A stretch of 64,000 nt of DNA, taken from the NCBI GenBank assembly GCA_902494765.1, contig CABUUK010000003.1, positions 1,362 through 65,361 on the forward strand. The letters are read 5' to 3'. This stretch comes from an uncultured Collinsella sp. (GTDB lineage Bacteria; Actinomycetota; Coriobacteriia; Coriobacteriales; Coriobacteriaceae). Under the pieces are notes generated by a model. The model did no database searches. It worked only from the letters and a program-made list of their open reading frames with translations, and was not told the DNA's origin. Made by a program: the position numbers and the translations under genes. Shown one piece after another: positions 38,638-47,269 of this stretch; within the stretch, counting starts at the first letter, position 1; the number at the start of each line of letters is the position of its first letter.

Positions 38638-39663
38638 CTAGCTATTGAGTTTGTTAATGTCGTCGTCAGTGATGGTGCCTTCCTGGCTGGACGATTTGTC
38701 CTCGGAGGATGCGGTCTCATTGTTGGAATCGGAAGACTCGCTGCCGGAGGACATGGTCTCACTGGACTCAGAGTCGCCCGGTTGCACGTTAGCGCCCGAA
38801 ACCGTCTTAGTGGTGAGGTCGTAGGGCATCGTGCCATACCAGACGCAGTGGACTGCCTCGAGCGTGCCGTCGGCCGTAATACCGTCGAGGGCATCGCTCA
38901 CGGCACGGCACAGTTCGTCATTGGACGAGAGGCCCGCAACACCAAGCGTCGAGGGCGCCTCGAGCGCACCGACATAGGAGATCTCGCTCATCAGGCGTGC
39001 AAGGTAGCCGCCGGCCGTGGAGTCGCAGATCACATAGTCGACTTCGCCGGACTCGAGCGCCTCAAAGCACTCGTTGATGTTGGGGTAGGTCTTTTGGTTG
39101 GCGGTGATGCTCTGCTTAGCAAGCGCCTCCTGCGAGGCCGAGGACATCTGGACACCCAGGGTGGACGTGTTAAGGGTATCGGTGGAAACGCTTAGCGACC
39201 CACCATCGCTGGTTCTACCGAACACGGAAGCGGCGTCGTACAGGCAGGTGCCGAGCGAGCTAACGTCCCCGTCCGTGGAGTTGATCTCGCCGATAAAGAT
39301 ATCAGCCTTTTTGTCGCCGAGCACGGAACCTGCCGAGGACGCATCGACAAAGGCGACCTTAAGGCCCATGCGGCTTGCGAGGGCGCGGGCAGCGTCGACT
39401 GCATACCCCGTGAGCTCGCCGTCGGCGCCCTGCATGGCCTGCGGCGCATCGGAGGTATCGAGGGCAACCGTCAGGGTACCGGGAGTGACCAGGGCATCAT
39501 CCGACACCGTGGGCGTGACGGTCTCGTACTCGATCTGGTCGATCGTGGGAGTCGTGAACGTAGACAGCGGGTTGAACGCGCATCCGCTCAGGCCCAAAAC
39601 GGCGATGACCGCTGCGGTCCCAGCACCTAACCGAGCCGCGTGCATCAAGCTGCCCCTCACCAT
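38638..39663 (-). CDS. Amino-acid ABC-type substrate-binding lipoprotein
   Basis: Lipobox LSGC, PGTLTVA, GYAVD.ARALA.RMGL, ALESGEVDYVI; Ser-rich tail. The ORF-track extension to 40161 overlaps the ncRNA. Confidence 0.8.
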   Translation of the reverse strand: MVRGSLMHAARLGAGTAAVIAVLGLSGCAFNPLSTFTTPTIDQIEYETVTPTVSDDALVTPGTLTVALDTSDAPQAMQGADGELTGYAVDAARALASRMGLKVAFVDASSAGSVLGDKKADIFIGEINSTDGDVSSLGTCLYDAASVFGRTSDGGSLSVSTDTLNTSTLGVQMSSASQEALAKQSITANQKTYPNINECFEALESGEVDYVICDSTAGGYLARLMSEISYVGALEAPSTLGVAGLSSNDELCRAVSDALDGITADGTLEAVHCVWYGTMPYDLTTKTVSGANVQPGDSESSETMSSGSESSDSNNETASSEDKSSSQEGTITDDDINKLNS

Positions 39664-39722
39664 GTCCACTACCCTGCCTTCTGTGTCGTATACGATCCGT
39701 GCGTTGCGCGGAATATCAGATT

Positions 39723-39987
39723 GTTCCCACCAGCTGACCTGGTATTTGACCCCACACTTGCGCACCGGGGTGTTTGCTCGGGAGGCCGCAGCCACCTTCA
39801 CGACTGGCCCGCTCGCCCGCGAGGCGGTATTGCCCCAAAGAAAGTAGAACGGACGGTGCGGCTTACATCTAGGACGCGCCATGATCGCGCCGCGCGCACG
39901 CGGTCGCTTACGTGGATCCCTTTGACCGCGTCTGTCTTGGACTAGGACGGGCATTTCGTCCGTCCGCAACCACAGCCTGGTAGGAAC
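39723..39987 (-). ncRNA. raiA-motif RNA
   Basis: Terminal helix GTTCCTACCAG/CTGGTGGGAAC; blocks TGTGGTTG, GATCCACGTAAG, TAGATGTAAG and AGTGTGGGGTCAAATACCAGGTCA recalled from raiA RNAs; context comF-RNA-binding protein-hpf; TATAAT at 39995-40000. Confidence 0.85.
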
Positions 39988-40144
39988 GTAGCGCATTATA
40001 GCTAAGTTCAAGCTAAAGTTTAAGGTTAGGGGCGTCATTCGCATCGCGAGTACAGATTTCGCAGGTCGAAGCGGGCCGTTCGTGGCCCCGTGAAGCCCGG
40101 AGCTCCCCTGCGGGGAGCTCCGGGGCACCCGTCTCAGGGTGCCG

Positions 40145-40361
40145 TGTGCAAAAAACGGCAAATATGAGTACTGTTACCAATTTAGTAGCAGCGTATTACC
40201 GCCTCACGAGCCCTTTTTGAGTTCCGCACAGCCTGCTTGGCGCCAAGATATTCCACATTCGTTTATTATCTCTTCGCTGAATCCAGATTATCGGCCCAAG
40301 TTTCTTTGTTTTTGCTGTCACTAATCTAGTAACAGTACTCATATTTGCCGTTTTTTGCACA
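40145..40361. repeat. 217-bp element with perfect 33-bp terminal inverted repeats (MITE-like)
   Basis: TGTGCAAAAAACGGCAAATATGAGTACTGTTAC at 40145-40177 and its exact reverse complement at 40329-40361; AT-rich interior; no target duplication seen. Confidence 0.85.
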
Positions 40362-40396
40362 GAGCATATAAACAGACCCCCTATAAAGCCATAGTT

Positions 40397-41506
40397 TTAC
40401 TCTGGTTTGAGCCCAAAGCACGCTCGGAGCGTATTCAGCAGAGCATCTTGCCTCTTTCGACGAGCCTCTACGCGATTCTGATATCGCTTACCCATACGCT
40501 GGTGGATGCGCCATGCGAGTGCTTCCATCGCTTCCATGTCACAGAGCATTTCGTTGTTGACCGTCGCGACCTCGATTCCCATAGTAATCAAGCCCGTGTT
40601 GCGCTTTTCATCATGGATACGTCCCCTCCGGGAGGAATGACCCAGCTCACCGTTGTATTCCAGGTCAAACCGGGCTGCTTCCTGATACGCATCGCAAACT
40701 GCATGCGGCATCCCCGAGATTGCCTGCGCGCGGTCATCGAACTCAATCTTGTAGTCGGTCTTAAAGGGACCGCAGGCAAATCCGCCATAGGAAAACGGAA
40801 GCGAAAACAGAGCGAGCATGATGCACTCCATGGGCGAGCGCAAGTTTTCTGACAAGTAGGGACACAGACGCTGCAGTTTTTTGGCCGCATTCCCCTTGCA
40901 TACCGCGAGGTAATCTGCCAGACGATCGGGCGTCAGCACCGGCTCAACCTCAAAGTAGCCCACGTCTGCTGGCTGGTCCTTGTCCTTTGCAAATTTATTC
41001 GTAACAGGCGAGGTGTAGGGAGGCAGATACTTCCCGCGGTCGCTCAGTGAAATCTTAGAGCACAGCTCCTGGGCCAGGGCAAACGCCTGGATGCAGCCGA
41101 CCTCGCGCGCAACGGCAACACAAAGGGCCTCGGGAGATAGGCTGTACACCCCCGGTTCCACCTCTAGAATCGAGCCGGCGGGCAACCCGGAACACACGGA
41201 CCAGCCTACGCCAGGCATGCGGCGGCGCTGCGCCGCAGATCCCACCAGCAAGCACAGATCTTCTTGCACCTCGCCACTTTTGGCTCCAATTCGCACCAAG
41301 TCAGGAAGATAGATATCCTCGGTCGAGGGCGACGACGTGCGCAGCACACGGCGCTCTTCATCGGGATCGAGGTCCCTCCAGCTGATGTAACCCATTTGTC
41401 GGCGCTCGGCGCGCATCATTCGTAGCGCCGAGGCGCCTGTTAGGATTACGGAAGCCGCTAGCTGCTCTTTTGTCGGTTTGTTGCACCGCCTGATTGTTAC
41501 CGCCAC
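40397..41506 (-). CDS. Hypothetical protein with C-terminal Vsr/DUF559-like (PD-(D/E)xK) endonuclease domain
   Basis: RSPME..L.LP..YGG, then CDAY...DLEYNG..H...D.KRN..L..MG..V..V; GTG start after GGGGTG. Confidence 0.65.
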   Translation of the reverse strand: MAVTIRRCNKPTKEQLAASVILTGASALRMMRAERRQMGYISWRDLDPDEERRVLRTSSPSTEDIYLPDLVRIGAKSGEVQEDLCLLVGSAAQRRRMPGVGWSVCSGLPAGSILEVEPGVYSLSPEALCVAVAREVGCIQAFALAQELCSKISLSDRGKYLPPYTSPVTNKFAKDKDQPADVGYFEVEPVLTPDRLADYLAVCKGNAAKKLQRLCPYLSENLRSPMECIMLALFSLPFSYGGFACGPFKTDYKIEFDDRAQAISGMPHAVCDAYQEAARFDLEYNGELGHSSRRGRIHDEKRNTGLITMGIEVATVNNEMLCDMEAMEALAWRIHQRMGKRYQNRVEARRKRQDALLNTLRACFGLKPE

Positions 41507-41517
41507 ATGAATCACCC

Positions 41518-42324
41518 CTACCAAACGCGTGCGATAGCGAGGCCATCGACTGCTGCGGCGCCGGCGCGCTTGAGTTCCGCCGAAGCCGCTGCCATCGTCG
41601 CGCCCGTGGTGATAACGTCATCGATAAGCAGCAGGCGCTTGCCCCGCACGTCCTCAACCGTCTCGTACATGCCTTGGGCACGCTCGCGGCGCTCCTCACG
41701 ACCGAGTTCGCGCTGGTCGCCATGCCCGTACTTGACGAGAGCATCGAGCAAGGGAACACCCGACAGCTCGCAAAATGGGCGCGCAATGGCCTCCATATGA
41801 TCAAAACCACGCCGCCGAAACGCTGCCGCCGTCGCAGGCACAAACACCACCGCATCCGCACCGGACAGCACGCCTCCGTAGCGATCGGGCGCTACGACCT
41901 GGGCATGCAGGGCGGTGTCGTAGAGCAGCTCCGCCAGATACGGAGCCAGACGTCGCTCGCCCGCATCCTTGTACGCTTTAATGATGCGCGGCAGCGGATG
42001 CGCATAGACGGCGCACGCCAGGCAGCGGTCGAGCGCCTCCGCCATTGCCGAGGACGTGCCCTCGACCGAACACTCAGTGCACAGCAAATCCCCAAACGGG
42101 GCGCCGCATCGGGTACAGCTATGACGTGGGTCGATGAGCGTGAGCGCGGCCAGGCAGTCTTGGCAAATAAGCGCATCGGCGCGTTCGCAGCCGGCACATC
42201 GTGTTGGCGACAATGCCTCGAGCGCCTCGTACGTCGCGCGCTCGGCAAACGGTAGCAATTCGTCCGCAAACGGTAGGGCACCGGCACTCTGCAGACGGCT
42301 CAATATGTTCAGATGGCTCTTCAA
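41518..42324 (-). CDS. comF: ComF-family amidophosphoribosyltransferase-like protein
   Basis: Double zinc ribbon (CAGC, CQDC, CTRCG, CTEC), RRGFDH, LLIDDVITTGAT; exact start uncertain. Confidence 0.9.
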   Translation of the reverse strand: MKSHLNILSRLQSAGALPFADELLPFAERATYEALEALSPTRCAGCERADALICQDCLAALTLIDPRHSCTRCGAPFGDLLCTECSVEGTSSAMAEALDRCLACAVYAHPLPRIIKAYKDAGERRLAPYLAELLYDTALHAQVVAPDRYGGVLSGADAVVFVPATAAAFRRRGFDHMEAIARPFCELSGVPLLDALVKYGHGDQRELGREERRERAQGMYETVEDVRGKRLLLIDDVITTGATMAAASAELKRAGAAAVDGLAIARVW

Positions 42325-42426
42325 GACACAACCCTCCCTACGCTCGATCGCAGGGAGGGTTGTTGATTCGGCGCTATGATACCCCGATGCGCTCGGGGCA
42401 AGGCGGGTTAAATCCGCTCGCGGGCG

Positions 42427-44127
42427 TTATTCGCCGGCGGGCGGTTGTGGTACGGACGAAGACGGGGTCGAGCCCTCGCCACCATCCTGGCGCGGCTTGC
42501 GGGAACGACGACGGCGACGGCGCTTTTGACCCTGGTCGGCCGAGCCCTCGCCACCGCGATTCTCGCGCGGCTCGCGCTCGTCGCGAGCGGCGCCACGCGA
42601 AGCCTTGGCAGCCGCTCCCCCGCCATCCCCGGGACGACGGCGCGTGACCTTGACCTCGCCATCCGAGACCTGATCGGCCACGGAGGGCACTGAGGGCTTC
42701 TGTTGCGTGCCCGAGGAATGGCGACGGCGCGGACGCGGCGCGCGCTCATCCTCGCCACGTGACTTGCCGCCCTTGTCGGCAGGCGCATCGGAACCCGAGG
42801 GACCCTTGGAAGCGGCACCAGCCTCGCGAGCAGCTGCCGCGCGGAAGGCATCCTCGCGCTCCTCGCTCGACAGGTGACGGCGGCGACGGCGCGTGGGGTT
42901 CATGCCACCGCCGCGGTTTTGCTGCTGAGGCTGCTGAGTCTCGCGCTCGCGGGAGGAGTTCTTGTCTGCAGCTGCAGCCTCGCCGACATCGCCCGAGCCC
43001 GCGCGCTTGCGACGACGACGGCCACCGGCGGCCTCCTCGGCCTCGGGTGTCTCGGCCTTACCACGGCCCTTTCCGCGGCCACGGCCCTCGCCCTGGCTCT
43101 GAGCAGCGCGGGCATCGGAATCGGCATCGCGACGACGGCGCTTGGGCATCGACGTGCCGGCAAGACGGTCGGCGCTCGACAGGCCATCGCCCACGTCGAC
43201 GCCGTTCTCGCGGTCGAGCTCCATGAGCGCCAGGCGCATCTCGGGCGACTCGATGCGCTCGAGCACGTCACGCGTCACGCAGTCGGGGCGGCAGTTGCAG
43301 CCCTGCTCGGCAGCCTTCTTTTTGCAGCTCTCCGAGCACGTCATATCGGCTAGGTTGACCTTAAAGACCTTGCCGTTCTCCAGGCGCAGCACCAGCTGCT
43401 CACGCGGCGTGTCATACTCCTGAATACGCGCCTTGCCGAGCGGCGTATCGATGAGCGTCTTCTTTTTGGGCGCACGGCTCTTAAAGTCCTTGTACGCCTC
43501 GAACTCGTAGCGCAGGCAGCACATCAGGCGGCCGCACACGCCGCTGATCTTGGAGGAATTGAGCGGTAGGTCCTGCTCTTTTGCCATGCGGATCGAAACG
43601 GGCTCAAACTGTCCGCCAAAGCGCGTGCAGCAGAGCTCCTGTCCGCACTGGGCATAGCCGCCCACCAGGCGGGTCTCGTCGCGCACGCCGATCTGGCGCA
43701 TGTCGACGCGAATGTGCAGCGTCGAGGACAGGTCCTTGACGAGCTGGCGAAAATCGACGCGCTCCTCGGCCGCAAAGTAGAACACGGCCTTCTCGCCGCC
43801 AAACAGGTACTCGACGCCCACCGGCTTCATCTCGAGGTCGAGCTCTTTGACCAGACGGCGGAAATCGACCATCGCCTCGTCGCCCTGGATGGCAAGATCG
43901 TCGGCAAGCTGCAGGTCGATGTCGCTCGCCACGCGCAGCACGGGCTTGAGCGGCTGACCGATCTCGTCTTGCGGCACCTCGAAGGGATCGGCCGTGACCA
44001 AGCCGATCTCGGTTCCGCGCTCGGTGGAGCAAATGGCATAATCGGCCTCGAGGATATCAAGGTCCTGCGGGTCAAACCACAGGTCGCGCGAGGCGTAGGT
44101 AAACTTAACGGGTACGACTAACGGCAT
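42427..44127 (-). CDS. ricT: PSP1-domain protein (RicT/YaaT) with long disordered tail
   Basis: RVDFRQLVKDL, MRQIGVRDE, CGQELCC, KISGVCGRLMCCLRYE; tmk-holB-yaaT synteny. Confidence 0.88.
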   Translation of the reverse strand: MPLVVPVKFTYASRDLWFDPQDLDILEADYAICSTERGTEIGLVTADPFEVPQDEIGQPLKPVLRVASDIDLQLADDLAIQGDEAMVDFRRLVKELDLEMKPVGVEYLFGGEKAVFYFAAEERVDFRQLVKDLSSTLHIRVDMRQIGVRDETRLVGGYAQCGQELCCTRFGGQFEPVSIRMAKEQDLPLNSSKISGVCGRLMCCLRYEFEAYKDFKSRAPKKKTLIDTPLGKARIQEYDTPREQLVLRLENGKVFKVNLADMTCSESCKKKAAEQGCNCRPDCVTRDVLERIESPEMRLALMELDRENGVDVGDGLSSADRLAGTSMPKRRRRDADSDARAAQSQGEGRGRGKGRGKAETPEAEEAAGGRRRRKRAGSGDVGEAAAADKNSSRERETQQPQQQNRGGGMNPTRRRRRHLSSEEREDAFRAAAAREAGAASKGPSGSDAPADKGGKSRGEDERAPRPRRRHSSGTQQKPSVPSVADQVSDGEVKVTRRRPGDGGGAAAKASRGAARDEREPRENRGGEGSADQGQKRRRRRRSRKPRQDGGEGSTPSSSVPQPPAGE

Positions 44128-45245
44128 TTCAGTGCCTTCCTGATATCGAACAGCATGACCTCGATGGCCAGCTGGGGAGTAACGTTTCTGGCGATGTTGT
44201 GCTCGGCGGTTGCGACCGCCTCGAGCGCCTGGGTGGCACCCGCAACATTCGTCGCAGCGGCAAGCCGACCGATCGTGTCACGCACGTCTTCGTTCACCAC
44301 GTCGGCCGCCTCGTCCTGAAGTGTCAGCAGCACGTCGCGCATGAGCGTCCGCGCGCTCGCCAGCGCTTCCATGATACCCGAACGCTCGCGCGCGTTGAGT
44401 TCGCGCTTGTTGCGGTCCTCAAGCTGCTTCAATGCTCCACGCGACAGGTAGTCGGCGTTTTGCTCGAGTACCTTTTCCTGCGTGGACTTGACCTCGGCAA
44501 GCGGCGCCTTGACGGCGACGATGAGCGACTTGGCGCGACTGAGCACGTCGGCCTCGTCGGCGGCAATGAGTGAGTCGATGGCACGGACCATCTGACGGCG
44601 GGCGTCCTGGCGCTCGGCGCTCTTAAGAAACTCGATGCCACGCGTGGGGCTTCCCGCCACGGCGACGGCCATGCGACAACGCGCGATATCCTGACCGGTG
44701 GCGCGGCTCACGGCCTGCGCGGCGACGGCGGGCGATACCAGCCGAAACGGCACGCACTGGCAACGACTCACGATAGTGGGCAGCATCACGTCGGCCGAGG
44801 TGCCCAGCAAGATAAACATAACGCCCTCGGGCGGCTCCTCGAGCGTTTTGAGCAGTGCGTTGGCGGTGTTGGCACGCAGTTGCTCGGCACGGTCGATGAT
44901 GTAGACCTTGGCCTTGGCACGGATGGGCGCCAGTGGCACGTCATCGAGCAGCTCGCGGGTCTGGGCAATGAGGTAACCCGTGGCGCTCTCGGGCGTGTAA
45001 TAGTGCACGTCGGGGTGCGTATGGCGGGCGACGCGCACGCAGCTATCGCATGAGCCGCAGCCATCCTGCTCGCACAGGAAGGCTTGGGCGAGCGCCCACG
45101 CGGCGTCGAGCTTGCCCGCGCCGGGCGCGCCCAAAAACAGGTAGGCGTGCGATGCGCGACCGCTAGCGACGGCATTGGTCAAAAAGTCACGCACGCGCTC
45201 TTGGGTGTCGAGCTTGGCCAGCAGGCTTGCCTGAGCGGGGGCCAT
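44118..45245 (-). CDS. holB: DNA polymerase III delta' subunit
   Basis: HAYLFLG, CGSCDSC, HPDV, ANALLKTLEEPP, LPTIVSRC. Confidence 0.92.
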   Translation of the reverse strand: MAPAQASLLAKLDTQERVRDFLTNAVASGRASHAYLFLGAPGAGKLDAAWALAQAFLCEQDGCGSCDSCVRVARHTHPDVHYYTPESATGYLIAQTRELLDDVPLAPIRAKAKVYIIDRAEQLRANTANALLKTLEEPPEGVMFILLGTSADVMLPTIVSRCQCVPFRLVSPAVAAQAVSRATGQDIARCRMAVAVAGSPTRGIEFLKSAERQDARRQMVRAIDSLIAADEADVLSRAKSLIVAVKAPLAEVKSTQEKVLEQNADYLSRGALKQLEDRNKRELNARERSGIMEALASARTLMRDVLLTLQDEAADVVNEDVRDTIGRLAAATNVAGATQALEAVATAEHNIARNVTPQLAIEVMLFDIRKALKCR

Positions 45246-45246
45246 G

Positions 45247-45930
45247 TTACTCGGCCTCCTTGGCAAGCGCGGCGGCGACGGCTTCCTGCGGAATGTCGAG
45301 ACCGTACGCGCGAACCTGCTCGACCGTCTTCTCGAAGACTTCCTCGACGGTCGTAGTGGCGTCGATGAGCTTTACGCGGTCTGGCTCCTCGGCAGCAATT
45401 GCGCAAAACCCCTCGTAGACACGCTCCTGGAATGCCATGCCCTTAGCCTCCATGCGATCTGCCGCGCCACGGGCTGCCATGCGCAGCGCCGCCTGCTCGG
45501 GCGTGATGTGGTAGACGAGTGTGAGCGCCGGGTGCGTTCCCGCGACGGCCAGGTTGTTGGCGTCGCGCACCATCTGGCGGTCGAGCCCATCGGCAAATGC
45601 CTGGTAGCAGGTCGTGGAATCGTAGAAGCGATCGCACAGGACCACCTTGCCGGCAGCGAGGGCGGGCGCGATGACCTCGTGCACCAGCTGGGCACGCGCA
45701 GCCTCGTAGAGCAACAGCTCGCAGGTATCGCCCATCGTCGTGTTGGCAGGGTCGAGCAGCAGGGCGCGAATCTTTTCGCTGATGGCAGTGCCGCCCGGCT
45801 CGCGCAGGCTCACAACCTGATAGCCAGCGAGTTCGAGCACGCGGGCAAGCAGGCGCGCCTGCGTGGACTTGCCAGCGCCATCGACGCCCTCGAGCGTGAT
45901 AAAGCTATGTTGAGCGGGCTCAAAAGCCAT
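45247..45930 (-). CDS. tmk: Thymidylate kinase
   Basis: FITLEGVDGAGKSTQ, REPGGT, CDRFYDS. Confidence 0.95.
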   Translation of the reverse strand: MAFEPAQHSFITLEGVDGAGKSTQARLLARVLELAGYQVVSLREPGGTAISEKIRALLLDPANTTMGDTCELLLYEAARAQLVHEVIAPALAAGKVVLCDRFYDSTTCYQAFADGLDRQMVRDANNLAVAGTHPALTLVYHITPEQAALRMAARGAADRMEAKGMAFQERVYEGFCAIAAEEPDRVKLIDATTTVEEVFEKTVEQVRAYGLDIPQEAVAAALAKEAE

Positions 45931-46032
45931 GAGCGCAGCCCCTTCCTACAAGGCGCGTAAATGCAGATATATCAACCAAGCCATGATACCCCAGTGCTCG
46001 GCGCGTCCCCAATGGCTAATGGTGCCTTTCCA

Positions 46033-46101
46033 AAGTTGCGGTGAAATAGGGACTGGTTGAAGCCCTGAGACCGCCAAACAGTCCCTATTTCACCGCAACT
46101 T
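46033..46101. repeat. Perfect 23-bp inverted repeat with 23-nt spacer
   Basis: AAGTTGCGGTGAAATAGGGACTG ... CAGTCCCTATTTCACCGCAACTT between divergent genes. Confidence 0.85.
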
Positions 46102-46169
46102 ATGATGGGGAATTTTGGACGCTGGGTATAATCGTCGTATTGCATTGAAATGTGGCGAAAGGAGTGGCA

Positions 46170-47147
46170 ATGTCTCGGTATTGCGCCTCGTGCGGCAAAC
46201 TTCTTGCAGATGATGCCAAGTTCTGCACCTCATGCGGTGCACCCGTTGAGCAGACAACCGCAAGCAATGGCCAACCCGCGTTTGAGCAGACCGGCTTCCT
46301 CGATACGCCGCAAGCTAAGCCGGACGACCCCCTCGCCTATCGCCCCGACCCCGCCGCCAGCCCCGCAGCGGTCGAAACGACGCAGCGCATACCCGTCGCG
46401 GACACCCCGCCCCAACAGCAACCGGCATCTACGTACGCGCCTGATTCACCGCAGGCCCCCGCCGCCAAAAAGAGCAGCACCAAGGCGCTTATCGCCGTTA
46501 TCGTTGTGCTCGTGGCAATTATCATCGCCTTGGTCATCTTTTTTGTGATCAAGCCTTTCGACAACGCCGCCACGCAAACGACTGCCGAGATTACTAAGCT
46601 GCACCATGATGTCGACTCCGACGACCTTAAGCCCCTTGGCAACCTCAATAGCCTTTACGACGATGACGACGATGATGATGACGGCGAAGCAACCCTCTCC
46701 GAGCAAAACCTCTACCGTCGCCTGAGCGAATACTACGACCTGCTCGAAGATCTCGATAGCCAGGTCCGTGCCTGCGCAGAGGCGTTCAATGGCGGTTATC
46801 TGGAAGAGGACCGTACCGCCCGTCAAAATCTCGCTGATGTCGCCGAGCGCACGGAAGACACCATCGAACAGTACTACGATATCGTCGAGGACCTGGACGT
46901 CCCCATGAGCTCTAAGAACTACAGCTCCTGGAAAGACATCGTCGCCCTGTATGACGACCTGGACCACCGCATCGACGCGATCTGCGATGCCTGGGAGATC
47001 AGCCTAAAGTACGCAAAGCCCGCGGACCATAAGGACGAAATCGTGGCGCCGCTGTCGCGCGACAACGTGGCGGGCACCAATGACAACAAGTACCGTCAGG
47101 ACTTTGAGGACCGCTATCCCGGCGCCAAGCCTGTCGAGGTGAACTAG
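46170..47147 (+). CDS. Zinc-ribbon membrane protein
   Basis: YCASCG...KFCTSCG, P/Q/A-rich linker, one TM helix, acidic helical C-domain; RBS AAGGAG. Confidence 0.8.
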   Translation: MSRYCASCGKLLADDAKFCTSCGAPVEQTTASNGQPAFEQTGFLDTPQAKPDDPLAYRPDPAASPAAVETTQRIPVADTPPQQQPASTYAPDSPQAPAAKKSSTKALIAVIVVLVAIIIALVIFFVIKPFDNAATQTTAEITKLHHDVDSDDLKPLGNLNSLYDDDDDDDDGEATLSEQNLYRRLSEYYDLLEDLDSQVRACAEAFNGGYLEEDRTARQNLADVAERTEDTIEQYYDIVEDLDVPMSSKNYSSWKDIVALYDDLDHRIDAICDAWEISLKYAKPADHKDEIVAPLSRDNVAGTNDNKYRQDFEDRYPGAKPVEVN

Positions 47148-47201
47148 TCGCATGCGACGTTCTTAAACAGCTAGTCATTAAAGAACGTCCCCAATGACTA
47201 C
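47144..47201. repeat. CTAG-bounded REP-like doublet
   Basis: Degenerate copy at 47144-47174 plus CTAGTCATTAAAGAACGTCCCCAATGACTAC at 47171-47201. Confidence 0.82.
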
Positions 47202-47269
47202 GCAAAAAACGAGCGAGGATCATGGGACCCTCGCTCGTTTTTGTTTTAGGCGATGTTTCGACCGTGCGG

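Noticed and set aside
39664..40161. N-terminal extension of the 507-aa ORF
   Set aside because: Overlaps the raiA-motif RNA and its promoter; the signal peptide and lipobox begin only near 39663.
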